From Verrucomicrobiota bacterium (GTDB lineage: Bacteria; Verrucomicrobiota; Lentisphaeria; UBA2565; JAYEIY01), in assembly GCA_034660375.1 (NCBI GenBank), contig JAYEIY010000300.1:1-51830 (forward strand): 51,830 bases of DNA. Reading direction: 5' to 3'. The position numbers and the translations under genes were made by a program. The notes beneath the pieces are model-generated. The model saw only the letters and a list, made by a program, of their open reading frames with translations, had not been told where the DNA came from and ran no database searches. Shown piece after piece: positions 7,064-16,443 of the stretch; positions within the stretch are counted from its first letter, which is position 1; each line of letters starts with the position of its first letter.

Positions 7064-9605
7064 TTCCTTTAAATTATTCTGTTCTGGTGTCTTTTTCGTT
7101 TTTATTTTTTCTCTTCAAGCATATCAGATAAAGACAAAATCATTGCATTATAGAACAACTATTGATGTTCGAGTATTGGCAGAGGAATCGAAAACTATTT
7201 CGGTTCCAGTTGCTTGGCTTCCGATAAGTTTTCTTGTCAAAGATGGTCAATATGTAAAAGAATCAGAGAAGATAGCAGAATTTGATTCTGATTCAGCTAT
7301 TTTTCAACTTAATGGTCTTTTGAAAACGAAAGATGTTATTGCTGCTCGTCTTGATGAACAGCTTCAGAAAATTGACTCAAATGCTCTTGAGATGCAGGAT
7401 AATCTAAAAAATCTTTTTTCGCAGAAGTCCGTTCTTAAAGCTAAATTAACCCGTCTTAAATCACTTCCTAATCCCAATGAAGTTAAAATTGCTGCGGGTA
7501 GGCTGAAAGTAGCTAAATTAAATGCACTTACGGGACAGGAAGAATATGATAAGGCTCAGCAGAGATATAAAAACAAGCTGATTTCTATGGCTACTCTTGA
7601 GCATTATAAATATGCTTATCTTGAGAAAAATGCATTAAAAGAATATGCTCAGAATGACCTTGATTATACTGAGTTGACTGTATCAAAATCAAATCTTGAG
7701 ATAACAGAGTTTAAAATTGAAAATGTTGAAATGGAAATTGAAAAGCTCAAGAATGAGTTAAAAGAGCACAAAAATATTGCAAAAATAAAAAGAAAGGGTG
7801 CAAAAGCTAGGCTCAAAATAATAGAGACTAAGATAGAAGAGAAAAAAGATGATATTAAAAATACTCTTGTTCTTGCGCCTGCCGGAGGATACATAAAATA
7901 TGCAAATACCGCATGGCGAGATATAGAATTAGGAGCAAAACTATTCAAAAATATGACATTTCTGAAAATTCCACAGGTAAATACTCTGGAATTTAAGGGA
8001 GTTCTTTCAAACGCAGATAAAAAAAATCTAAGAGATGGGGATACGGTTACATTATTTATTGATGGGAAGAATCAGATTCCAATTAAAGGTTCCATAAAAA
8101 ATATAAGTCCCATGTCACATGATCTTGCCGAGAAAGATTCGTCTTCAAGAGGTACTTCAAACAAAGAATTTGGTGTAAAAGTATTTGATGTTGTGATAAG
8201 TTCAGAAAAAAAAATGGATTGGATAAAACCAGGCATGAGAGGTCGAGCTGAAATAGAATCAAAAGAACCTATTTTTGGGCCGGCGATACCATTAAGATAT
8301 TTAATTTCTGAAAATAATTTAAATTATATCTATACCAACAAAAAATATAAAATAAAAGGGACTTTTTGTGATGGATTTTTAATTGCAGACAATGAAGATT
8401 TTGCTGGTATGATAATCCGACCGTACAGAAAATATTATGGGAAAAAAGATGAAGAGAGAGATGATTCGGAGTTTTTTTCAGAAACGGGTACCATTATTCC
8501 TACAAAATCAATTGGTATATATATAGGTCGAGTTGTTTGGCCGTGGCCTAAAGTCAAATGGCTGGAGGAAGAGCATTCAACTGTAAAAAAAGGAGATATT
8601 GTTGCAAAGTTGGATACTACAGAAATTGACAAAAAAATAAAAGAGATAAAATCTCAACTTGAAGAACAGAAAGCTACGTTGGAAGAAGAGGAAAAAGAAT
8701 TTGAATTGATGAAAAAAGAAACAAAATTCACTTTAAGAAAACAAGAGAATTTAATGAAGATTGCAGAACTCAACATGAAAGTAGTTTTGAATGCACTTGA
8801 CTATAAAAAAATGTTTTCCGCAAGGCTTAGCCTGAAAAAGGCAAAACTTAACAGTGAAAAACTGGAAAAACAGTTGCTTAGATACAAGAAACGAAAAAAG
8901 ATTGCTCAGTCGCCAGATGAATTGAACGAATTGGAACGAAATTGTGCTAAAGCTAAGTTGAATATTCAAAAAAATAAAATAAATCTCTTACGCTCTGAAA
9001 GAGGGGCGGGAAAGATTGAAAGAAGCAAAGCGCATTTAGATTATTTAAAACAGGCAAATAAGGTTAGAATTTTGAAGAAACAGCATGATTATAGATACAT
9101 TCAGAAAAGGAATGAGATAAAAAAAACACAAATAGGGCTGAGCCAGGTAGAACGGCGCTTGAGAAAGAGTCTGCGACGTAAAGAAAATTATGTACTTAAG
9201 TCCCCCGCAGACGGAATTATTATTTATGAAAAAATATGGAATAGTGGTGAAATATCAAAAGTAAATACTGGAAGTCTGGTAGGTTCAAAGTTTAGAATAA
9301 TGTCTATCCCAGATTTGTCCCAGATGAGTGTTTCTATAGATATTCCTGAATACTATTATTCAAGAGTACAAGAAAATATGAAAGTAAAAATTGTTGTTCC
9401 TTCTTTACAAAATAAATCATTAAATGGAACTATTGAAAAAATTGGATTTTTATTTCATAATAAGAAACGTAAAGACAGTCAGTCGGGGCTTTATTCATCA
9501 CATGAGCCATTGGGCGAAGTCATATTCAAAACACACATAAAAATAGACTCCTTAAATTTATCTTTAAAGCCAGGTAGTACGGCAAAAATAATATTTCCTT
9601 TTTAG
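7017..9605 (+). CDS. Tandemly duplicated HlyD/MFP-like periplasmic adaptor (two adaptor modules in one 862-aa chain)
   Basis: N-terminal TM/signal anchor (LFCSGVFFVFIFSLQA). Module 1 (aa ~40-430) and module 2 (aa ~500-862) each have a lipoyl-like half (VKDGQYVKESEKIAEFDS / VKKGDIVAKLDT), long K/E-rich coiled coils, a LxAPxxGxI strand (VLAPAGGYIKY / LKSPADGIIIY) and a barrel ending in PGM/PGS. The start could be ATG 7026. Confidence 0.7.
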   Translation: MLYMEKKKRKFFLEINSFKLFCSGVFFVFIFSLQAYQIKTKSLHYRTTIDVRVLAEESKTISVPVAWLPISFLVKDGQYVKESEKIAEFDSDSAIFQLNGLLKTKDVIAARLDEQLQKIDSNALEMQDNLKNLFSQKSVLKAKLTRLKSLPNPNEVKIAAGRLKVAKLNALTGQEEYDKAQQRYKNKLISMATLEHYKYAYLEKNALKEYAQNDLDYTELTVSKSNLEITEFKIENVEMEIEKLKNELKEHKNIAKIKRKGAKARLKIIETKIEEKKDDIKNTLVLAPAGGYIKYANTAWRDIELGAKLFKNMTFLKIPQVNTLEFKGVLSNADKKNLRDGDTVTLFIDGKNQIPIKGSIKNISPMSHDLAEKDSSSRGTSNKEFGVKVFDVVISSEKKMDWIKPGMRGRAEIESKEPIFGPAIPLRYLISENNLNYIYTNKKYKIKGTFCDGFLIADNEDFAGMIIRPYRKYYGKKDEERDDSEFFSETGTIIPTKSIGIYIGRVVWPWPKVKWLEEEHSTVKKGDIVAKLDTTEIDKKIKEIKSQLEEQKATLEEEEKEFELMKKETKFTLRKQENLMKIAELNMKVVLNALDYKKMFSARLSLKKAKLNSEKLEKQLLRYKKRKKIAQSPDELNELERNCAKAKLNIQKNKINLLRSERGAGKIERSKAHLDYLKQANKVRILKKQHDYRYIQKRNEIKKTQIGLSQVERRLRKSLRRKENYVLKSPADGIIIYEKIWNSGEISKVNTGSLVGSKFRIMSIPDLSQMSVSIDIPEYYYSRVQENMKVKIVVPSLQNKSLNGTIEKIGFLFHNKKRKDSQSGLYSSHEPLGEVIFKTHIKIDSLNLSLKPGSTAKIIFPF

Positions 9606-9607
9606 AT

Positions 9608-10864
9608 ATGAAAAAAAAATATTTTTACATTATAGTGATGATTTTTATTTTTACACTATTTTTTTTCAAAGGGATTTTTGATTCTGAAGAGAAGGATAAT
9701 TCGATTCCTACACAAAAGACCTCTGTTGGTGCTTATATACACTTGCGTGGGGTCTTTAGTAGTTCTGAATTCAATCCGGTAAAAGCAAATATTCATGGGA
9801 GGATTGTTGAACTTGCAGAACACGCAGAAGTTGTAAAAAAGGGAGATTCTGTATTGCGTCTAAATACTGAAAATATTGCAGAGGTAATAGAAAGGAATTC
9901 TCTCGATTATATGAAAGCACAGATTGAAGAAGAAATATTAAAGGCAAAATATGATTTTACTGAATTTAAAGAAAAAAAACAAATTGAAGTTTTTAAGGCA
10001 GAACTAAAGCATGCAGAAACGGAAAGAATAATAGAACTTAGTAAACCAGATTCTGAAGAAATAGAATTATTGGATATTGATATAAAAAATGCTGAATATG
10101 ATTTGTCTGAAGCACAAGATAAGTGTCAGAGAAAGAAAAAGCTTTTTGATATGGATTTTATATCTAAAACGGTTCTTAAATCTTATAAAAACAAAGTCTA
10201 TAATTCTAAAATATATCTAGCTGAACTGAAAATAAAAAAAACAATAAGAATGCAGGGATTAGACGAGGAAAGAAAAATAGAATTGCAAAAGACCGTAGAA
10301 AAAGCACAGAATCTTGTAAATACATCCAAAAATAGAATGAAAAGAAGGCTGGAAATGGTCAAAAAACAGATAGTTACAGCTTCTATGAGAATGAAAGAAA
10401 AAAAGTTTCACCTTGACTATAATAAAAAAGAAATAAAAAATGCTGTTTCTAAAGCCCCTTCTAATGGAATTTTTAAAATTAGAAGCTATAAAAGTTGGAG
10501 GACGGGAGGGAAAACACGATTGCTTCAACTAGGTGAAGAAAAGTGGGCACATGATATCGTTGCTGATATAATCAACCCAAACAAAATGGAAATAGAATTT
10601 GTTGTAAATCAGGCTGATTTACATTATCTTAGAAAGGGGATGAAGGCTGAAATAAAGATTCCGGCATTACCAACAGTCGAAATGAATGGGAAAATAACTC
10701 ACCTAGGTGGTATAGGAAAAGATAGGCAAAAAATAGATCCAACAGCTGGAGCCGGCAAAGACTCCAATGTAATTGTTTATAATGCACAAATAGAACTGCA
10801 GAAAACAAATCCTGCTCTGAAACCGGGGATGTCAGCCGAAATTACAATTCCACTTAACCCTTAA
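9608..10864 (+). CDS. HlyD-family periplasmic adaptor subunit
   Basis: 418 aa. N-terminal TM segment, VKKGDSVLRLNT lipoyl motif, coiled-coil hairpin, APSNGIFKI, and LKPGMSAEITIPL at the C-terminus. Confidence 0.8.
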   Translation: MKKKYFYIIVMIFIFTLFFFKGIFDSEEKDNSIPTQKTSVGAYIHLRGVFSSSEFNPVKANIHGRIVELAEHAEVVKKGDSVLRLNTENIAEVIERNSLDYMKAQIEEEILKAKYDFTEFKEKKQIEVFKAELKHAETERIIELSKPDSEEIELLDIDIKNAEYDLSEAQDKCQRKKKLFDMDFISKTVLKSYKNKVYNSKIYLAELKIKKTIRMQGLDEERKIELQKTVEKAQNLVNTSKNRMKRRLEMVKKQIVTASMRMKEKKFHLDYNKKEIKNAVSKAPSNGIFKIRSYKSWRTGGKTRLLQLGEEKWAHDIVADIINPNKMEIEFVVNQADLHYLRKGMKAEIKIPALPTVEMNGKITHLGGIGKDRQKIDPTAGAGKDSNVIVYNAQIELQKTNPALKPGMSAEITIPLNP

Positions 10865-10887
10865 GCAGAAAAGCTAAAATATATTTA

Positions 10888-12888
10888 ATGGACAACATTT
10901 TAATCAAAATAGAACAGCTCAAAAGACATTATATTATGGGAGATAATATTGTGAGGGCTGTTGACGGGATTGATCTTGAGATTAGTCGGGGAGAGTTCTT
11001 ATCAATTGTCGGCAAATCCGGTTCTGGGAAGTCGACACTTATGCATATTTTAGGGCTTCTTGATATCTCGACAGATGGTGAATTTCTGATAGAAGGAACA
11101 AATACGGGTGAAATCTCTGATGAAAAACTTTCTACACTTCGCAATAAATATATCGGGTTTGTCTTTCAACAGTTTAATCTTTTAAGTGATCTGAATGTCA
11201 TTGAAAATATTGCCCTTCCACTCTCTTATAGTGCAGTTTTAAACGAAGAAAGGCTCGAAATAGCTGCACACTTTGCAAAAAAAGTAGGAATTTCTGACAG
11301 ACTTTATCACATGCCTTCTGAGCTTTCGGGAGGACAGGCTCAGCGTGTTGCAATTGCACGGGCTCTTGTCAATAAACCGGATATTATTCTTGCCGATGAA
11401 CCCACCGGTAATCTTGATTCACACACAAGTTCAAAAATAATGGATCTTATCCGGATGCTTCATGAACAAAACAACACAATTATCATGGTTACTCATGATT
11501 CAGCCGTTGCTGAGCAAGCAGATCGCACAATAACCATTTCTGACGGTAAGATTATTAGTGATAAATCTAAAAATGCTTTGTCTCAAAAAGACATGATCAA
11601 GGAAAGGAACAAATATGAAATTTCTTATGAAGAAAATCATTTGAGTTTGCGCGATCTTTTACGAATAGGAATCAGGGAAGGTTTGGCTGCGCATAAAACT
11701 AGGACACTTCTTACAATGCTCGGAATAATCATTGGAGTTTCTTCCGTTATTGCAATGTCCTCTTTTTCGATAGGTAGTAAAAAGAAACAGGCTAACCAAA
11801 TCCGGGCACTCGGGGCAAATCTGGTAAAAATTCAGGATAAAAAGCTGGAAAGTGAGAAACTTACCAGTGCCAGAATGGAAGGCTCTCCAGGACTTTCTTT
11901 CAGAGATCTGAATTGTCTAAAAAATAATCTTAAAAAAGAAATAAAAAATTTAGCATATATCAGGGATATCAAAATGAATGTTCTTTATGGTGAAAAAAGA
12001 ATTAATTCAAAAATAATGGGAGTAGGGGGGGATTATCTGCAAGTAAACAATCTTAAAATTTTGAAAGGAAGATTTTTTAATACTTCAGATCAAGAGGAAA
12101 GTACTCCTGTTGTTGTGTTGGGAATGCGCACTGCAGAAAAAATAATGGCTCATGCTCCTCAGGAGACTATAGGAAAAAAACTCCTTGCGGGTGGTGCATT
12201 TTATACGATTGTAGGGATACTGGAAGAAAAAAATATTGATTTTAAAGAACTTGAGGCAACTGATCTTAAAGACCCAAATGATACGATATTAATTCCTTTT
12301 AGAACACTGGTAGCAAGAACCGCTTCTATTGATCTTAGAAGTAAAATTGACGAGATTCAATTGCAACTTATATCTGAAGATCTTCTTTATACCGCCGGAA
12401 AAACAATCAAGAGGACGTTAAAGGCAACTCATGCAGAAGTTGACGATTTTAGTATAATAATTCCTATGGATCTATTAAAACAAAAACAACAATCTCAAAA
12501 ATTGCTGGATGTACTCACAATATGCATCTCATCAATTGCTTTAATTGTGGGAGGAATTGGCATTATGAATATTATGCTTGCATCTGTAATCGAAAGGATT
12601 CGGGAAATTGGTATTAGAAGAGCGGTAGGAGCATCCAAGCACGACATTTTATTCCAATTTCTCTCTGAAGCTGTGATAATTTCTGTTTCTGGAGGTGTTT
12701 TGGGTATAATCCTTGCTGCAGTAGGCGTAATAGCGGTATGTCTTGTCTTTGAAATTCCTATTGTATTTTCTCCGTTAATGGTAATTGTAGCCGTATTTGC
12801 AGCAGTCATAACAGGTTTGATTTTTGGGATTTACCCGGCACATCAAGCCGCTAATCAGAATCCTGTGGAGGCTCTAAGATATGAATAA
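10888..12888 (+). CDS. macB: MacB-type fused ABC ATPase/FtsX-permease
   Basis: Walker A GKSGSGKST, signature LSGGQAQRVAIARAL, Walker B IILADEPTGNLD. A TM helix, a large periplasmic domain and a C-terminal FtsX-like region (GGIGIMNIMLASVIERIREIGIRRAVGA) follow. Confidence 0.9.
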   Translation: MDNILIKIEQLKRHYIMGDNIVRAVDGIDLEISRGEFLSIVGKSGSGKSTLMHILGLLDISTDGEFLIEGTNTGEISDEKLSTLRNKYIGFVFQQFNLLSDLNVIENIALPLSYSAVLNEERLEIAAHFAKKVGISDRLYHMPSELSGGQAQRVAIARALVNKPDIILADEPTGNLDSHTSSKIMDLIRMLHEQNNTIIMVTHDSAVAEQADRTITISDGKIISDKSKNALSQKDMIKERNKYEISYEENHLSLRDLLRIGIREGLAAHKTRTLLTMLGIIIGVSSVIAMSSFSIGSKKKQANQIRALGANLVKIQDKKLESEKLTSARMEGSPGLSFRDLNCLKNNLKKEIKNLAYIRDIKMNVLYGEKRINSKIMGVGGDYLQVNNLKILKGRFFNTSDQEESTPVVVLGMRTAEKIMAHAPQETIGKKLLAGGAFYTIVGILEEKNIDFKELEATDLKDPNDTILIPFRTLVARTASIDLRSKIDEIQLQLISEDLLYTAGKTIKRTLKATHAEVDDFSIIIPMDLLKQKQQSQKLLDVLTICISSIALIVGGIGIMNIMLASVIERIREIGIRRAVGASKHDILFQFLSEAVIISVSGGVLGIILAAVGVIAVCLVFEIPIVFSPLMVIVAVFAAVITGLIFGIYPAHQAANQNPVEALRYE

Positions 12889-14200
12889 AATAACAACTTT
12901 TTTTATAGTCCTTTTTATATGTTTTTTGCTTGTTGGACAAGAAAAAACTATGTCTTTACAAAACTGTATAGAATATGCTCTGAAAAATTCTCCGGAATTG
13001 AAAAAAGAAAAAATTGATTTGCTTCGGCAGGAACTGAACACAATAGAAGCACAAGCTGCGTTTGCTTTTTCCCTTAATGCAAACTCAGATTATGCAATGA
13101 AAGAAGATGAAACGTCAAATAGCATTACTCTTTCAAAAGAATTTAGAAATGGACTAAATGTCAGTATGTCTGCCGATGCAAGTCTTGATTACGATGACAA
13201 ATCAGATTCATCAGGAATGTCAATAACTCTATCAAAACAGATTCTTGGAGGTGATTCAAGGCTTGAAAATACAAATATTATAGATGATAGCATAATTGAC
13301 GAAATAATTATTGCAAATAATTTAAGAAAAATAAGGCGTTCATTAATATTCTCAGTAAAAAAATCTTTCTATAAAATAATACGCTTTCAGCAGTCTATGA
13401 CAATACAGCAACGACGACTTGAACAGGCAAAAAGAAATTTAGAATTCGCCAGAGCCAAAGAAAATCCTCTTGATATAGCAACCGCCGAAATAGAGGTTCC
13501 TTCCAATCAACTCTCCTTGATTACAGCGGAAAGAATAATAGAAAGAGAAATAGATTCACTTAAAGAGATCCTTGGTATGCCAATTGAAGAAAATGTTTCT
13601 ATTTCCAAACAATTTGATTTTAAAATAACCAATCGGAGTTCGGCAGATGACATTGATTTTGCCCTAAATAATCATGAAGATTTTCTGAATAATAAACTCT
13701 ATTTACACAAATATAAATTGGATGCAGAGATTGCAAAATACAGTCTCTATCCGGATGTTTCTCTCTCTGCAAAGTTTTCAAAAGATAGTAGGGGAGCGAC
13801 TGTTAACCTTAATGGAGATGATGAGCAAACTTACATGCTCACTGCAAGATGGGAATTGGGTAGAAGAAGTTTTAAGGCTGATTATCAATCCAAACTCTAT
13901 AATATAAGCGAGAAAAAACTTGATTATTATATCTTAAAACAGAATAAAATAAAAACAATAAAAGAACTACTTCTCTACCTTAGGGAACGAGTAAAGGCAA
14001 TAAAAATACAGGGTAAAAAGATAACATTTCAAAAAAAGCAGGTAATGCTTTTCAACGATAGATGGGAAAACGGAGAAATAGATATCCTTGAGCTAATCCG
14101 AAGTCAAAACAGTCTTGAAAACAGTAAAGTTACTCTTATACAACAAAAAACTGGCTACATGGAACTTTACGCAGAATATCTTTACGAAATTGGACGTTAA
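12881..14200 (+). CDS. TolC-family outer-membrane efflux protein
   Basis: Signal peptide, then the SLQNCIEYALKNSPELK start typical of the OEP family, with two repeated coiled/beta halves. It overlaps the macB stop (ATGAATAA). Confidence 0.8.
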   Translation: MNKITTFFIVLFICFLLVGQEKTMSLQNCIEYALKNSPELKKEKIDLLRQELNTIEAQAAFAFSLNANSDYAMKEDETSNSITLSKEFRNGLNVSMSADASLDYDDKSDSSGMSITLSKQILGGDSRLENTNIIDDSIIDEIIIANNLRKIRRSLIFSVKKSFYKIIRFQQSMTIQQRRLEQAKRNLEFARAKENPLDIATAEIEVPSNQLSLITAERIIEREIDSLKEILGMPIEENVSISKQFDFKITNRSSADDIDFALNNHEDFLNNKLYLHKYKLDAEIAKYSLYPDVSLSAKFSKDSRGATVNLNGDDEQTYMLTARWELGRRSFKADYQSKLYNISEKKLDYYILKQNKIKTIKELLLYLRERVKAIKIQGKKITFQKKQVMLFNDRWENGEIDILELIRSQNSLENSKVTLIQQKTGYMELYAEYLYEIGR

Positions 14201-14865
14201 AACAGTTCTTTGAATTCTAGTAACTCTTTTTTCAAATCATTTATCTCAGTTTTTAAAACTTCGACTTCTTCTTCGAGTTTGCTGATTCTTTCATTTTCTG
14301 CATGAATTTCGCGAACGGCTGCACTGGGGTTGGGGTTTATGGAGGATTCTTGTATTTTTATTTCGACTTCTCCGCTAAAAAGGTGTGCATATCTAGGTTC
14401 CTTTTTTCCTGGTTGTACGGGGAGTTCAGTTATGTAGGGTCCATCTTCTTTTTTGGTAAGTTTTTCTAAAGTTTGAGATGTTTCATTTGAATTAGCAAAT
14501 TCGTAATAGCGTGATGAACGACTTCTGAGTTCTCCAACTGTTTGAGGTCCACGTACAAAGAGAAGATACAAGACCGCCAATTCAGGTGCAGAAAAATCAA
14601 ATACTCTGTTTATGCAATGTGCATATTTTGCTGTTCTACTTCCGACAGTTGTTTGTTCAATTGCCAGTTTTTTGTCTCTCAGGGAGAATATAGCTCTGGC
14701 TATATCTTTTTCTTCAAGGGACATAATGGGGCTTCTGCTTGATTTTTGATTGCAGGCTGATTTTAGCGAATTTAGGGAAAGAGGATAATTATCCGGAGTA
14801 ATCTGTTCTTTCTCCAATAGACATCCCAAGACTCTTACTTCTATTTCATTAAGAATTAATTCCAT
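14197..14865 (-). CDS. YceH-like DUF480 family protein
   Basis: LNEIEVRVLGCLLEKEQITPDNYPLSLNSLKSACNQKSSR and a second winged-helix-like repeat (LSAPELAVLYLLFVRGPQTVGELRSRS) match the YceH family. Confidence 0.85.
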   Translation of the reverse strand: MELILNEIEVRVLGCLLEKEQITPDNYPLSLNSLKSACNQKSSRSPIMSLEEKDIARAIFSLRDKKLAIEQTTVGSRTAKYAHCINRVFDFSAPELAVLYLLFVRGPQTVGELRSRSSRYYEFANSNETSQTLEKLTKKEDGPYITELPVQPGKKEPRYAHLFSGEVEIKIQESSINPNPSAAVREIHAENERISKLEEEVEVLKTEINDLKKELLEFKELF

Positions 14866-15516
14866 TTAAAGGTCCCGTATTATTTGTATGTTTATTTTTT
14901 CCAAAGAGTCACTATAATAATCCACGTAATTGTCAAATGGTTGTTTGTTAATACCAATTACTTTCATACCTGCATTTAGTGCTGCCTTTACTCCGACTTC
15001 GGCATCTTCTACAACCACACATTCACTGGGAGAAACTCCGAGTTGCTTTGCCCCCTTTAGAAAAATCTGTGGATTCGGTTTGGTTTCTGTTATATCATTG
15101 CCATCAATTATTGCCATAAACATGTCTTGCATATTCAGATGTTTTAAAATGTAACGGGCATTTTTGCTCCCGGAACAAACGGCTGTCAAAATATTATTGT
15201 TTTTTAGATTTTCAATAAGCTGTATTGCTCCCGGTAGAAGATCATCGAGAGTTAATTGTTGCACCATTTCAATATAGTACTTGTTTTTAAGAGCTGCCAG
15301 AGCCTTCTTTTCTTCATAATTATAGGTTTTATTTGCTTTTTCAAGAACTATTGCGAGTGAAGACATCCTGCTTACACCCAATAATCTTCGATTTATAGTC
15401 CTATCAAAGAATATCCCTTCATCTTTTGTGAGCATTTCCCACGATTGATAGTGTAATTCATCCGTAGATATAAGTACGCCATCTAAATCAAAAAGTACAG
15501 CTTTAAGATAATTCAT
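14866..15516 (-). CDS. pgmB: Beta-phosphoglucomutase-like HAD-IA hydrolase
   Basis: AVLFDLDGVLISTDELH, LLGVSR, TKPNPQIF and VVVEDAEVGVKAALNAGM are colinear with beta-PGM motifs. Confidence 0.75.
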   Translation of the reverse strand: MNYLKAVLFDLDGVLISTDELHYQSWEMLTKDEGIFFDRTINRRLLGVSRMSSLAIVLEKANKTYNYEEKKALAALKNKYYIEMVQQLTLDDLLPGAIQLIENLKNNNILTAVCSGSKNARYILKHLNMQDMFMAIIDGNDITETKPNPQIFLKGAKQLGVSPSECVVVEDAEVGVKAALNAGMKVIGINKQPFDNYVDYYSDSLEKINIQIIRDL

Positions 15517-15524
15517 GTGTTAAC

Positions 15525-16439
15525 TTAATTTTTATTTTTTAATACTTCTTTTATTTCATTAAGTGAAAGACTTGTATAAGTGGATATTTGATTTTCATCT
15601 AATCCATTGTCATTCATTGCAGCTATCATATTTCTTTTTTCTTCGTCAGCTTTTCTTCTTTGTTTGTCAGCTTTTTTTCTTTCTTCCTCAGCTTTTTTTC
15701 TTTCTTTGTCTATTATTTTTTGAGCCTTTCTTCTTTCTTTATTGACAGCGGTTTCAATATGGCATTTTGCATCACCTTTTTTCCCACTCCAATAGTCATA
15801 TGCATTTAACTCTTCTTTTGACCAGTTTATTTGACTTGCAACATTAAAGGCTTCTAAAATTTCGGATTCAGTAATGCACGCTGGAATGACATTCAGTTCT
15901 CCCGCATTTTTTATGAAAAAAATCCATTTGTTAATGATAGATGAAAGTTCATCCTCTGATTTATTGAATTTTTTTAATTCAATAAAGTTGAATTCAAATT
16001 CTTTTAAGTCCTGGCGTTTTGTTTCCTGATTTATCATAATATGCCGAGTTAAAAAAGAATCGCCATCAAAGAGGTTAAAGTTTAGAATCCCTATAAAATA
16101 TGCCGGCTTTAGTTTTTGATAGTCTTCGGCTATTTTTATTTGTTCCACATAGGTTTTTGCCAGATAATATGTGGCTCGCTTCCCAAAACTTTCATTGCCT
16201 TCAACTTGCATTTCAACAATGAATTCTCTGCCAAGTTCATCAACGGCTTTGACATCCAGTGATGTGTATTTCAAGTCTTTTATTCGAGGAACTTGATAAG
16301 GAGATACTAAATCTACTTTTACAATCCTCCTTGGAAGTTCTAATACAGAATTTAAAAAACTGATAAGAATCTCTGTCTTCTTAGAGTCTCCGAATATTCT
16401 TTTAAATGCTAAATCATTCTTTGGATTTATAAAATGCAT
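15525..16439 (-). CDS. Rpn-family recombination-promoting nuclease / PD-(D/E)XK 'putative transposase' family protein
   Basis: NPKNDLAFKRIFG, SLDVKAVDELGREFIVEMQV (D...E.Q core) and YYLAKTYVEQ, with a K/E-rich C-terminal tail. These are typical of the family. Confidence 0.8.
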   Translation of the reverse strand: MHFINPKNDLAFKRIFGDSKKTEILISFLNSVLELPRRIVKVDLVSPYQVPRIKDLKYTSLDVKAVDELGREFIVEMQVEGNESFGKRATYYLAKTYVEQIKIAEDYQKLKPAYFIGILNFNLFDGDSFLTRHIMINQETKRQDLKEFEFNFIELKKFNKSEDELSSIINKWIFFIKNAGELNVIPACITESEILEAFNVASQINWSKEELNAYDYWSGKKGDAKCHIETAVNKERRKAQKIIDKERKKAEEERKKADKQRRKADEEKRNMIAAMNDNGLDENQISTYTSLSLNEIKEVLKNKN

Positions 16440-16443
16440 CTTT

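Noticed and set aside
14197-14200. Convergent TolC-family and yceH-like genes overlapping at their stop codons (TTAA), with no terminator between them.
   Set aside because: It is real in the sequence, but such overlaps are common in compact genomes. It has no evident functional implication.
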